Of a stretch of 64,000 nucleotides of DNA, positions 20,008 through 28,842 are shown one piece after another. Within the stretch, counting starts at the first letter, position 1; every line of letters starts with the position of its first letter. This DNA is from Promethearchaeota archaeon (GTDB lineage: Archaea > Asgardarchaeota > Lokiarchaeia > Sigyniarchaeales > SOKP01). The stretch lies in contig JAHPZI010000018.1 in the NCBI GenBank assembly GCA_019058295.1, positions 9,478-73,477 of the forward strand. Direction: 5' to 3'. The notes beneath the pieces were generated by a model that saw nothing but the letters and a program-made list of their open reading frames with translations, was not told the origin of the DNA and ran no database searches. Made by a program: the position numbers and the translations under genes.

Positions 20008-21423
20008 TTATTCACTCAAAAGACCAAATCTTTTAAGACCTTCCCTCATTTCGGCTTGAAATGGACCCGGAGTTCCTTTTATGAATGCTTCAATAATATC
20101 TTGATCTTCTATCCTATTTGAGGAACGCTTTTTAGCCTTTTCCTCTGCAAGAGAAGAAATAGCCATCCTTGCCATGGATTGAAATGCCGGAGGGGATAAT
20201 TGTATAAGCTCCTCAAAGACATTTGCAGTTTCAGGATCCCAGTCTAATCCCTTTTTTGTTTCTTCACTAGGCTCAGAAAGATTAAGCCCAAATTCACGAC
20301 TTGTAATGATGTTTTTTAAATATTCCCTTAAGGACTGAACATAACGTGGAGATTTTTCTTGATCAAGAACCACTGCTTTTTTTGCCCATTCTTTACAATA
20401 GTTACAGTCATCGCACATTGCTACACAATCTTGCTTTTTAAAGAAGTCGATAAAGCCATCTAGTTTGGTGTTGTCAATATATAATTTAGATTTTGATTCT
20501 TTTCCAATAGTTTTAGTTATTCCTATATTAGGATCTTTCTCTTCCAATCCACCGTGAGACATCGAAAATCCTTGAATAATATCAACAAGATTACCTTCAT
20601 ATTTTCGTGATGAAAAAGCTTTTACAGACCTTAGGATCCAATCAGTGGTCATACGCCTTCCCGCGATTTTAAAATCAGTAATCCCAATCTCTTCATAGTG
20701 AACTAAATCTTCTGGACGAACCCAACGACATTTCAATACTTCTTCTGGTGTAGAAAATTTAATGATACTACAATTGATTATACATGTATCTACATAATTA
20801 CGTTCAAATTGTTGATATGTCTGTGAAGCATGTCCTAGGGTATTATAATGATAATATCTAAAAGGACATTGATATAAACATCCATCAGTTAAAAGTAATA
20901 CGATCTTACATTTTACTGCTTTCTTTATTTTACTGAGCGTCTTAAAATCACGATTAATCATTATATCCGGAGTTATTTCATCCGCCCCAAGCATCTCATA
21001 AAATTTAGCTCGATTCACACTATTTACGTGTGAGATGGTAGAAACTCGGACTTTAAGCTTAGGAAACTGTTCTTTAATCAGCTGTATTAAAAAGGGGATA
21101 GTTACAATTACGCTATCGCTACCAATATCACTAATCCATTGAATATACTCGATAAGCTTGCTATGATAATGCGAATCATACTCAATATTGTTCATACAGG
21201 GAGCATTTAGCAAATAAGAAAATTTCATTTTTTTCTTATGTACTTTATCGATATATTCTGCTATATCTCCTTTTGAAATGTCTGGTAATAAAAATGAAGG
21301 GCGCCCTCCTCCCACTATTGAATGATTAGAAACTCCATAGAGATCTGTCACAGGATATTTAGCCAATTCTTCTATTAAGCTTAAGTCCCAATTAGTTGCA
21401 ACATAAAATTGAATTAATATCAC
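20008..21423 (-). CDS. U32-family (UbiU/UbiV-like) Fe-S protein with C-terminal PCP_red/DUF2621-like domain
   Basis: GGGRP, YLLNAPC, GCLYQCPFRYYH..HASQ..C..C, WVRPEDL, FKIAGR; additional C..C..C..C cluster; C-terminal LDWDPE...TPGPF module. Confidence 0.85.
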   Translation of the reverse strand: MILIQFYVATNWDLSLIEELAKYPVTDLYGVSNHSIVGGGRPSFLLPDISKGDIAEYIDKVHKKKMKFSYLLNAPCMNNIEYDSHYHSKLIEYIQWISDIGSDSVIVTIPFLIQLIKEQFPKLKVRVSTISHVNSVNRAKFYEMLGADEITPDIMINRDFKTLSKIKKAVKCKIVLLLTDGCLYQCPFRYYHYNTLGHASQTYQQFERNYVDTCIINCSIIKFSTPEEVLKCRWVRPEDLVHYEEIGITDFKIAGRRMTTDWILRSVKAFSSRKYEGNLVDIIQGFSMSHGGLEEKDPNIGITKTIGKESKSKLYIDNTKLDGFIDFFKKQDCVAMCDDCNYCKEWAKKAVVLDQEKSPRYVQSLREYLKNIITSREFGLNLSEPSEETKKGLDWDPETANVFEELIQLSPPAFQSMARMAISSLAEEKAKKRSSNRIEDQDIIEAFIKGTPGPFQAEMREGLKRFGLLSE

Positions 21424-21522
21424 CTATTATTTTGGGTTATTTTTTGTTTATGTACATTTTTTTTCTTATTTAATACTTAAATAAAAATATTTTAGATTTA
21501 GATTATTTTCTTTTTAGCTTTT

Positions 21523-23559
21523 TCATTTATTTGCTATTTCATGAGCTTTTGCGTTAAGCGGTAATAAAGGTGCACATGCCATAAGTTTATTAACATCTCC
21601 TTCTACGATATATGTTCCTGCCATCGTTGCTTGAATCGGATCTGACTCTCCCGAATTAACCTTTTGGATGGTGGCAAAATCCGTTTTATGAATAATTTTT
21701 GGGGCGTCAGGTCCTGAATATTCACCCATCCCCCAATCCATCTTATCTTTATCAACAAATTGCCAGTAATTCATTTCAGGTTTATCACTTATATTATATT
21801 GAAAGATTAATGGAGCAATAGGTTCTAATAAAGGCTTTAAATCCGGCAATTCATTATAAGCTTTCATGAAACGCATAAGATATGCTTCCCATTCTTCCTT
21901 TGTATCCAATTTAATTATCACCTCCTTTAATTTTTGTTTTTCGTCTAATTTAGATTCTTTATTTACTTCTCCCACCTTTTTTACCTTCTGAGAGATGAGT
22001 TCAGTACTTAACGGGAGAGATGTTATATATTCAATCTCATCTCCCGTCATATATTGATTTATATTAATATTCTTTTTAATTAAAAAATCGATATAATCAT
22101 GTTTAAACGGTTGAGGAACTAATTCAATTATTATAGCTATCAATAAATCCTTAGTTACCCTCTTTAATTCTTGCTTTTCTGCAGTTCTTTCTGCAGTAAA
22201 TCCAATTCCCTTGGTTGCAGCCTCATGCATCTCTCTGGGAATTAGGTCCATTACTTCTTTCAAAAATTTTTTTGCATCATTATCCCAAGGAATCCCAAAA
22301 TATGTTCCTATTTCGGCTGATTTAACAGGACTTTTAAGTTTTCGCTCTTCTTTGGATAAAAACATATCTCCTGTATTTAGATATTTTAAGAGATATGCCA
22401 TATATTCCTTATATGATTCTGTAATTCCTCCTTCAGGTTGAGAATAAGCTATTTTTGTTAGACTATGACAATAAAAACATGTGATTCCACAAGTTTCTAC
22501 GCATCTAGCACCTCTATGTGGCATATTTTCAATGAATGTAGTCAGCTTGTTCCCATCTAATACTGCATCAAATTCGGGCACGCTTAACAGTAGACTTTGG
22601 TTATCCGTGTCAGTTCCCATTTTAACTTGCCTAGCGGAAAATTCATTGAATTGATTACCAGCTAAAATTAACGGATCAGATTCGAATGAATAACCATTAA
22701 AAATTTTACCGAGGTTACCATTGGAATTCTTATAACTATAAGCTTTTAATGCATTAAATAACCATTTGGTCCCATATCTCCTTCCAGATATCTTAAAATA
22801 ATCAATACCAATCTCAATATATTTATCAAGATCTGCTGGTTGAATCCATTTAGACATTACTATCTGTTCTTGATTAAAACATTTTTGATTCTGACAGGCA
22901 ATAGTAGCCCAATCATTATAATATCCTTCTAAACAATCATGGGTTTGGCTTGCGTGGGAGCATTCAGTATAATGAAAAAAACGAAAAGGGCATTCATTAA
23001 GACAGCAATCGTTAGTCAATAATTCTATATCACACTTTACTGCTTTTCTAATTTCTTCTAAAAGGGGAAAATTACGATTAAGCATTATAGATAAAGTCAA
23101 TACACCATCAGTACCAATTATTTCTTCCCATTCCAAAGCCCGGGTAAGAGAATTGACTTCAGCTATTACAGAAACCTTTAATTTTAATTTAGGATGATAG
23201 GTTTTAGCAAATTGAGCGAGATAAGGATCTGTAACTGTTAAATATTCTACGCCCAAATCATCTAACCAGTCTAATTCGTATAGTGCTTTTGTTTGTTCTT
23301 TGGAATTAAATTTATAATATCCAAGACACTCACCATTCCATAGCCATGTAAATTTGAAATTTAAATCATGAACTTTATTAATAAATTTTTCAATTTCAGC
23401 TTTATCTCGTTTAGCCATTAAAAAAAAGGGTCGCCCAGATCCAGTGAAACTCATGTCGGAAGCGCCATAAAAATCATTTATAGTTTTCATTAAATGATTA
23501 TCATTTTCTATGAGAGTCAATAAATCTATTTTCCAATTGCATGCTAATGATATTCTCAA
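21523..23559 (-). CDS. U32-family protein fused to PCP_red/DUF2621-like domain and C-terminal SCP2 lipid-binding domain
   Basis: GSGRP, CCLNECPFRFFH..HASQ, WIQPADL, FKISGR; internal IPWDND..VPQPF module; C-terminus SGESDPIQATMAGTYIVEGD typical of SCP2. Confidence 0.85.
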   Translation of the reverse strand: MRISLACNWKIDLLTLIENDNHLMKTINDFYGASDMSFTGSGRPFFLMAKRDKAEIEKFINKVHDLNFKFTWLWNGECLGYYKFNSKEQTKALYELDWLDDLGVEYLTVTDPYLAQFAKTYHPKLKLKVSVIAEVNSLTRALEWEEIIGTDGVLTLSIMLNRNFPLLEEIRKAVKCDIELLTNDCCLNECPFRFFHYTECSHASQTHDCLEGYYNDWATIACQNQKCFNQEQIVMSKWIQPADLDKYIEIGIDYFKISGRRYGTKWLFNALKAYSYKNSNGNLGKIFNGYSFESDPLILAGNQFNEFSARQVKMGTDTDNQSLLLSVPEFDAVLDGNKLTTFIENMPHRGARCVETCGITCFYCHSLTKIAYSQPEGGITESYKEYMAYLLKYLNTGDMFLSKEERKLKSPVKSAEIGTYFGIPWDNDAKKFLKEVMDLIPREMHEAATKGIGFTAERTAEKQELKRVTKDLLIAIIIELVPQPFKHDYIDFLIKKNININQYMTGDEIEYITSLPLSTELISQKVKKVGEVNKESKLDEKQKLKEVIIKLDTKEEWEAYLMRFMKAYNELPDLKPLLEPIAPLIFQYNISDKPEMNYWQFVDKDKMDWGMGEYSGPDAPKIIHKTDFATIQKVNSGESDPIQATMAGTYIVEGDVNKLMACAPLLPLNAKAHEIANK

Positions 23560-23563
23560 AATT

Positions 23564-24715
23564 TCACCTCTGTATTACTCCATTTTCCATAATTTTCATT
23601 TTTTCATCTATTAATCTTAAGATTTTAGCTTTCTCTTCTGCATTTCCATTCCTTAGCTTTTTGGAAAATTCAATGCAATAATTATTTATTTCCTTTTCTG
23701 AAGGATAGTGAGAATCATAAGAGTAATTATTGCAAAATTCATTAACAATTTCAGATTTCAACTCAAATAGAGAATTTTTAACATTATCATAAGGCCAGAA
23801 TTCACCATAAGGTTGAGGAATATTGATAAATTCATTAAAGTTAACTTTTAATTCTCTTTGGGTGTAGCTTCTAATTATTTCAATTATTTTTTTAGAAGTA
23901 AATCCCCCAGTATATAGAGAAAATGTATTATATCCAAGATCTTCATACAATTTTATATTACTTGGTGAAATCCATCCAGCTTTCAAGAGATTTTCAGGTT
24001 TCTCTAACCTTTTTTTCCAGCAGTAGAGTAGTGGGTAATCAAACTCATCTTCAACATCGGATAATTCTTCTTGATTTGAAAAAACAGGGGAACCTATTGT
24101 TCTATGACTTTGTAAGTTATGATGTTGATACCAATGAATACACCCCCAATTACACCCAATATTCAATGGTAAGATATAATCAAGATCTTCAGATCCTTTA
24201 AATTTGTTCTTAAGCTTAATAAAATTTTCTAATACTTTAAAATATCTCAAGATATCAGGATTTAAAATAATAATATCAGCACCAATTTCAAAAAAGATTT
24301 TCCCACGATTTAATGAAGTGACACATTGTGAATATGATAAGTAAATTTTCATCATTGGAGCATTTTCTTTAAAAAATCCAATATTATTTGGAGATGATAA
24401 TAATACATCTTTGTATCCCAACTTCTTTAAATTTTGAATTAAATCTTTTGTAGCTCTATATTGTTGAAAATGAGCTTCTAAATTCCCTTGACAAGTTGAA
24501 TCCAAACCTGCTATTGGAATTATTCCGTTTTCTTGAATTATTTTAGTATATTCTTCAAATTCTTTAATTGATGGGAGATTTCTTGGAAGAAATATTGAAC
24601 TATTCCCAATAGGATTTTGTGGCACGTGAACAATAATATGACTAACTGGTAATTTCTCTTTATTAATAAGAGCAATTAAATCCTTATGATAATCTCCATC
24701 AATTATAAATTTTAT
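23564..24715 (-). CDS. Divergent U32-family protein (apparent ATA start at 24715)
   Basis: LNIGCNWGCIHWYQHH, GWISPSNI; frame open 30 codons upstream of the track start, giving IKFIIDGDYHKDLI, which parallels the N-termini of the two adjacent U32 paralogs. Confidence 0.72.
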   Translation of the reverse strand: MKFIIDGDYHKDLIALINKEKLPVSHIIVHVPQNPIGNSSIFLPRNLPSIKEFEEYTKIIQENGIIPIAGLDSTCQGNLEAHFQQYRATKDLIQNLKKLGYKDVLLSSPNNIGFFKENAPMMKIYLSYSQCVTSLNRGKIFFEIGADIIILNPDILRYFKVLENFIKLKNKFKGSEDLDYILPLNIGCNWGCIHWYQHHNLQSHRTIGSPVFSNQEELSDVEDEFDYPLLYCWKKRLEKPENLLKAGWISPSNIKLYEDLGYNTFSLYTGGFTSKKIIEIIRSYTQRELKVNFNEFINIPQPYGEFWPYDNVKNSLFELKSEIVNEFCNNYSYDSHYPSEKEINNYCIEFSKKLRNGNAEEKAKILRLIDEKMKIMENGVIQR

Positions 24716-24757
24716 TCTAAAATCACTTTTTCTGTTTTTATCTTTTTAAAAAAAAAT

Positions 24758-25930
24758 TTAATTATAAGATTCAAGTCCCGCCTTACAACCCATTGATAAA
24801 AAGTCTACCATCGTGCCGTTATAATCGTTCTCAATCTTGTAATAAAATCCTTTTTGAGAGAATGTAGCGCCCCAAATAAATTTCTTAGAATCGCTTTGGA
24901 GAGGTGTTTTTTCTATGAAATCCCTCATTAAAGGATGAAGATGGGAAGGAACTTCTTTTGGATAATCACATGTGATCCCAAAACATAGTCGCTCGATTTT
25001 ATTTGAATCCCAACTAAAAGTATAGTTAAGATGTGCTGCTTTACGACATCCCTCCATCACCTCTTTGGACGCAGGCTCGAATCCTAGATCTTTCACCAGT
25101 GAAACGCAACTCTCATAAGAAGACTCAGCTGGTTGTTTAAGCATGAAATAAATATTAGTCGTATTATGAAGGAAATCGAATGCAAAAAGACTAAATGAGG
25201 TTAATCCATGCTTATTGAAGTAATCCTTATATGCGTTCATACTCTCTGGAATTGATTTCATGGAATAAATTGGATCAATTGAACCGGGCACAACAAATGG
25301 CCAAATTTTTGATAACCCAGTTTCTGCATCAACATCTACTCCATATCCCATTATCTCGAATGAATTTATAGCTTCAACAATCATTTTATGGATAGGATGT
25401 CCATTTTTTTCTAGTAATCCTTCATTAATTGCAGTTGTATATGGGTCTGGATTATGAGGGATAAAAAATTCAACATATCTTACCGCTACATCTCTTTTTC
25501 CAATGGGTTTAGCGGTGGTTCTTATGGATACGGGAGCTCCTCTAAAAAACTTTTCATAAGTATTAAAGGATTTCCAAATTGCATCCTTATTACATTTTAC
25601 ACCAGCGATATCGCAAATTTTAGCCATATCTTCAACCATTTTATTAAGATCGGTATTACATTTAAAATCACTTTTCACTTTAGCCATATATCTATCATAG
25701 TCCACTCCAAGTTTAGTTAAGTCCTCAATCATTGTTGGTTGAAATGCAGGTGGCGTTACTTCAAACAACGCAACTACTAAATCAACTTCTGCGACTTCTG
25801 TTCCACTTCTTTCCATACATTTTTTTTCTGCTCCTTCGAGGAGTGCAGGTTTTACGGCGGGGCGTACCATCTCAGGTACTCCTAATAACACTTTTTCAAA
25901 AAGTTGTTTTACTTCTGGTTGCCATTCCAT
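24758..25930 (-). CDS. ABBA-family aromatic prenyltransferase (NphB/CloQ-like) with N-terminal PCP_red/DUF2621-like domain
   Basis: DPYTTAINEGLLEKNGHPI, YGVDVDAETGLSKIW, DFLHNTTNIYF, YTFSWDSNKIERLCF, YYKIENDY match NphB/CloQ-type motifs. Confidence 0.85.
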   Translation of the reverse strand: MEWQPEVKQLFEKVLLGVPEMVRPAVKPALLEGAEKKCMERSGTEVAEVDLVVALFEVTPPAFQPTMIEDLTKLGVDYDRYMAKVKSDFKCNTDLNKMVEDMAKICDIAGVKCNKDAIWKSFNTYEKFFRGAPVSIRTTAKPIGKRDVAVRYVEFFIPHNPDPYTTAINEGLLEKNGHPIHKMIVEAINSFEIMGYGVDVDAETGLSKIWPFVVPGSIDPIYSMKSIPESMNAYKDYFNKHGLTSFSLFAFDFLHNTTNIYFMLKQPAESSYESCVSLVKDLGFEPASKEVMEGCRKAAHLNYTFSWDSNKIERLCFGITCDYPKEVPSHLHPLMRDFIEKTPLQSDSKKFIWGATFSQKGFYYKIENDYNGTMVDFLSMGCKAGLESYN

Positions 25931-25969
25931 TATGTTCTACCTCTTTTTTTTTTTTATTTTTTTTTTTAT

Positions 25970-27394
25970 TTATTGTAAATATTTAGCAAATTGAACTTGG
26001 CTCATTTCTGCAAATCCCTCTGGATTATTAAAACCAAGCCCAGGCATCATCCATCTTGGATTTGATTCCCCATACTTTCTTACTATTTGAAATAGATCTA
26101 CTTCCTTGATTTTTGGGGAAATATAAAATTTAGGTTTTAAGAGATTTTCTCCTTTTTGGATAACCCCTTCTTCTTCAGCAATTTGCTGAAGAATTGTATG
26201 AGGATAAATTCTCATACCTATAAAGATGATTACATCTCCATCGCCTTGCCATAAATTTCCTTGATAACTCTCCATAGTCTCAAGTCGATCTAAAGAAACT
26301 TGGATTGTTTCTAGAGTTTCTCCTGGACCTCCAACAATAACATGCAATAATTGCTCAATTTCCAAATCTATACACTTCTTTGACGTAAGAATCGCGTCAT
26401 CTGGAGATCTCGATTTATTCATATTTTTTAACATCTCTTCTGAGAGAGATTCGATACCAGTTGCAAAATGAACCGCACCACTCTCTTTCATGAGAGGCAT
26501 TAAATCTATAAATTTTTTGTTGGGGACATAATTTACGCCCCAGTTTAGGGCTATTTTATTATTAATTATTTCTTGACAGGTATTTTTTACGTGATTATAA
26601 TCCAAATTGAAAACACTGTCCACGATAAATATATTTTTAATTCCGTAATTATTTACAATTAAATCGAGTTCTTTAGCAATATTTCCGGGGGATCTATATC
26701 GAACATTAGAATCCTCAATATACCTATAACTACAGTAAATGCATTTCATAGGACAACCACGTTTAGTTTGAATATTACCCCAAACTGGACCTGATTTATT
26801 CATTGGATCTATAAGATAGGCATCATTTTCCAGCAATTCCCTTGTTGGTATTGGGAGATCATCTAGATTCTCAACCCGCCAAGGTGGTTTATGATGATAT
26901 TTTCCTTTTTGATCTATAAAACAAATACCCTTCTCAATTGTTCTAGGATCGTCATCGTTTTCAATCTTTTTTAAAAATTCCGCAAAGACATATTCACCAT
27001 CCCCAATTACCCCTATATTATGATTTAAATCTCTAAGAATTTCCTCTGAAAAAATTGAAAAACCAGCACCTCCTAACACAATTGGAATTTCCGGTTCTAC
27101 AAGTTCTTTAATATATAAAATAATATTTTTTACTGGTAAGTAAAAGAATAGATTTCCCGGGTATGTTGTTGAGTCAACATTACGAATTGAAATCCCTATT
27201 AAATGAGGATTAAAATCATAAATTACTTTTGAAACATCTTTTTTATAATCATTACTAAGAGTTAAATCAAGCAATTTAACCTCATGACCTTGACTAAGAA
27301 GGTAAGCTGCAAGATATGCTTCTCCTAAGGGAGGGACCATAACATGAACAATCTCCCTACTCCCAGAGATTATTAATACACGCAATTTAATCAC
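25970..27394 (-). CDS. Cobalamin-binding radical SAM protein (TsrM-like / 'lipid biosynthesis B12-rSAM' subfamily)
   Basis: PPLGEAYLAA, GISIRNVD, IQTKRGCPMKCIYC, DSVFN, GGPGET, GMRIYP, LLKPKFYISP. Confidence 0.88.
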   Translation of the reverse strand: MIKLRVLIISGSREIVHVMVPPLGEAYLAAYLLSQGHEVKLLDLTLSNDYKKDVSKVIYDFNPHLIGISIRNVDSTTYPGNLFFYLPVKNIILYIKELVEPEIPIVLGGAGFSIFSEEILRDLNHNIGVIGDGEYVFAEFLKKIENDDDPRTIEKGICFIDQKGKYHHKPPWRVENLDDLPIPTRELLENDAYLIDPMNKSGPVWGNIQTKRGCPMKCIYCSYRYIEDSNVRYRSPGNIAKELDLIVNNYGIKNIFIVDSVFNLDYNHVKNTCQEIINNKIALNWGVNYVPNKKFIDLMPLMKESGAVHFATGIESLSEEMLKNMNKSRSPDDAILTSKKCIDLEIEQLLHVIVGGPGETLETIQVSLDRLETMESYQGNLWQGDGDVIIFIGMRIYPHTILQQIAEEEGVIQKGENLLKPKFYISPKIKEVDLFQIVRKYGESNPRWMMPGLGFNNPEGFAEMSQVQFAKYLQ

Positions 27395-27417
27395 TCTTAG
27401 TCTTTACAAATTTAATT

Positions 27418-28830
27418 TCATTCAATTAATTCGATTTCTTCTTCAATTTCTTCTTTTTGAGAAACATCAACTTCATGTTCATGATCATTTTCATGCCAGC
27501 AGAACGGAAACGATCCAAAGAAATCACCCGTGATATATTCCGCAGTTACACGACATCCCCCACCGCAATATTTTAAATGATGGCAAGAGGCACATTTTCC
27601 TTTAATCTTCTTTCTATCACGAATATCCCTGTAGAGCTGTGAATTTAATACATCTTCAAAATCATCCTCCAATGCATTACCAAGAGTCAATGTTGTAGGA
27701 TATCCCGCAGGGAATATTGTTCCATCTATACCAATTCCCATCATTGTCCTACAAGCTAAACAACCTACTCCCCATTCAATCGCTGCCAATTCTTTATCAT
27801 TTTTTGGATGTTCCATAAAGGGCATCATATCATATATTTCATAAGCAGGTAATGTACCTGCCTTACCTTTCCTTATCGTCTCAATAGCATGTTTGTATTT
27901 GAAATCATACATTTTTTTATATTCTTCTGAATTAAGACCGATTTCATCCCAAAATTCAGCAGCCCGATTTTGTTTCACTACACATCGAAAATATGGTTGT
28001 GATCCCCATTTTTCTGATAATATTTTAATCTCTTCTAATTCATCAATGTTTTGCTTCATAATTGTAATTGAAGAGCATACAAATATTCCATATTTCAAAC
28101 AAAGATCTATTGCTTTCTTAGCATAATCTAAGGAATTGGGAAACCCACGAATCTCATCATTTTTCTTAGGATCAACACTGTCAAAACTAACAAATATATG
28201 ACTAATATTGTTATCTTTACACATTTTGGCGAAATCTTCATCGAATCTCACTCCATTGGTGATAAGAGCGTGAATATAATCCTTCTCTTTACAAAATCTC
28301 ATAATCTCACCAATGTCTTTTCTCAAAGTGGGCTCACCACCAAACCATATAAAGCAGGCATGTCTTCCTTGTTTTCGCAAACCTGTTTCAACATTTTCTA
28401 TTATTTGACACCATTTCTCTGCTGATAATTCTGGCCGTGCTATTTGATCATCCGCAGCACAGTGAATACATTTTTGATTACATTTGTCAGTCAAATACAT
28501 GGCAAAGTGTATATTTCCGGGATGAAACCCCCGCTCTAGTTTTTGCCATGAAACCTTCAATCGATCCTTGATTTCCTTCAGTTCTATATAACGTTCGACA
28601 TCAATTCCTAATTTTGTTAAATCTTCTACCATTATTGATTTAAATGCTTCAGGAATTATGTCAAAAATACCCAGAACAACATCAGCATCATTAATATAAG
28701 CAGCATTCCGATCAAGACATCTTTTTTCTGCAGCCTCTATGATTAATGGTTTCACGGAAGGACGAAATCCTTGTGGCATTTGTTCTACTATTCTACCAAA
28801 TAATTTCTGTGTCTCCTTTTCCCATTCCAT
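27418..28830 (-). CDS. Radical SAM/SPASM protein with N-terminal PCP_red/DUF2621-like domain
   Basis: CNQKCIHC, GGEP, TNG; SPASM GCLAC..KCASC..CGGGCR..PFCW. Confidence 0.9.
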   Translation of the reverse strand: MEWEKETQKLFGRIVEQMPQGFRPSVKPLIIEAAEKRCLDRNAAYINDADVVLGIFDIIPEAFKSIMVEDLTKLGIDVERYIELKEIKDRLKVSWQKLERGFHPGNIHFAMYLTDKCNQKCIHCAADDQIARPELSAEKWCQIIENVETGLRKQGRHACFIWFGGEPTLRKDIGEIMRFCKEKDYIHALITNGVRFDEDFAKMCKDNNISHIFVSFDSVDPKKNDEIRGFPNSLDYAKKAIDLCLKYGIFVCSSITIMKQNIDELEEIKILSEKWGSQPYFRCVVKQNRAAEFWDEIGLNSEEYKKMYDFKYKHAIETIRKGKAGTLPAYEIYDMMPFMEHPKNDKELAAIEWGVGCLACRTMMGIGIDGTIFPAGYPTTLTLGNALEDDFEDVLNSQLYRDIRDRKKIKGKCASCHHLKYCGGGCRVTAEYITGDFFGSFPFCWHENDHEHEVDVSQKEEIEEEIELIE

Positions 28831-28842
28831 AGAATTTCACCT

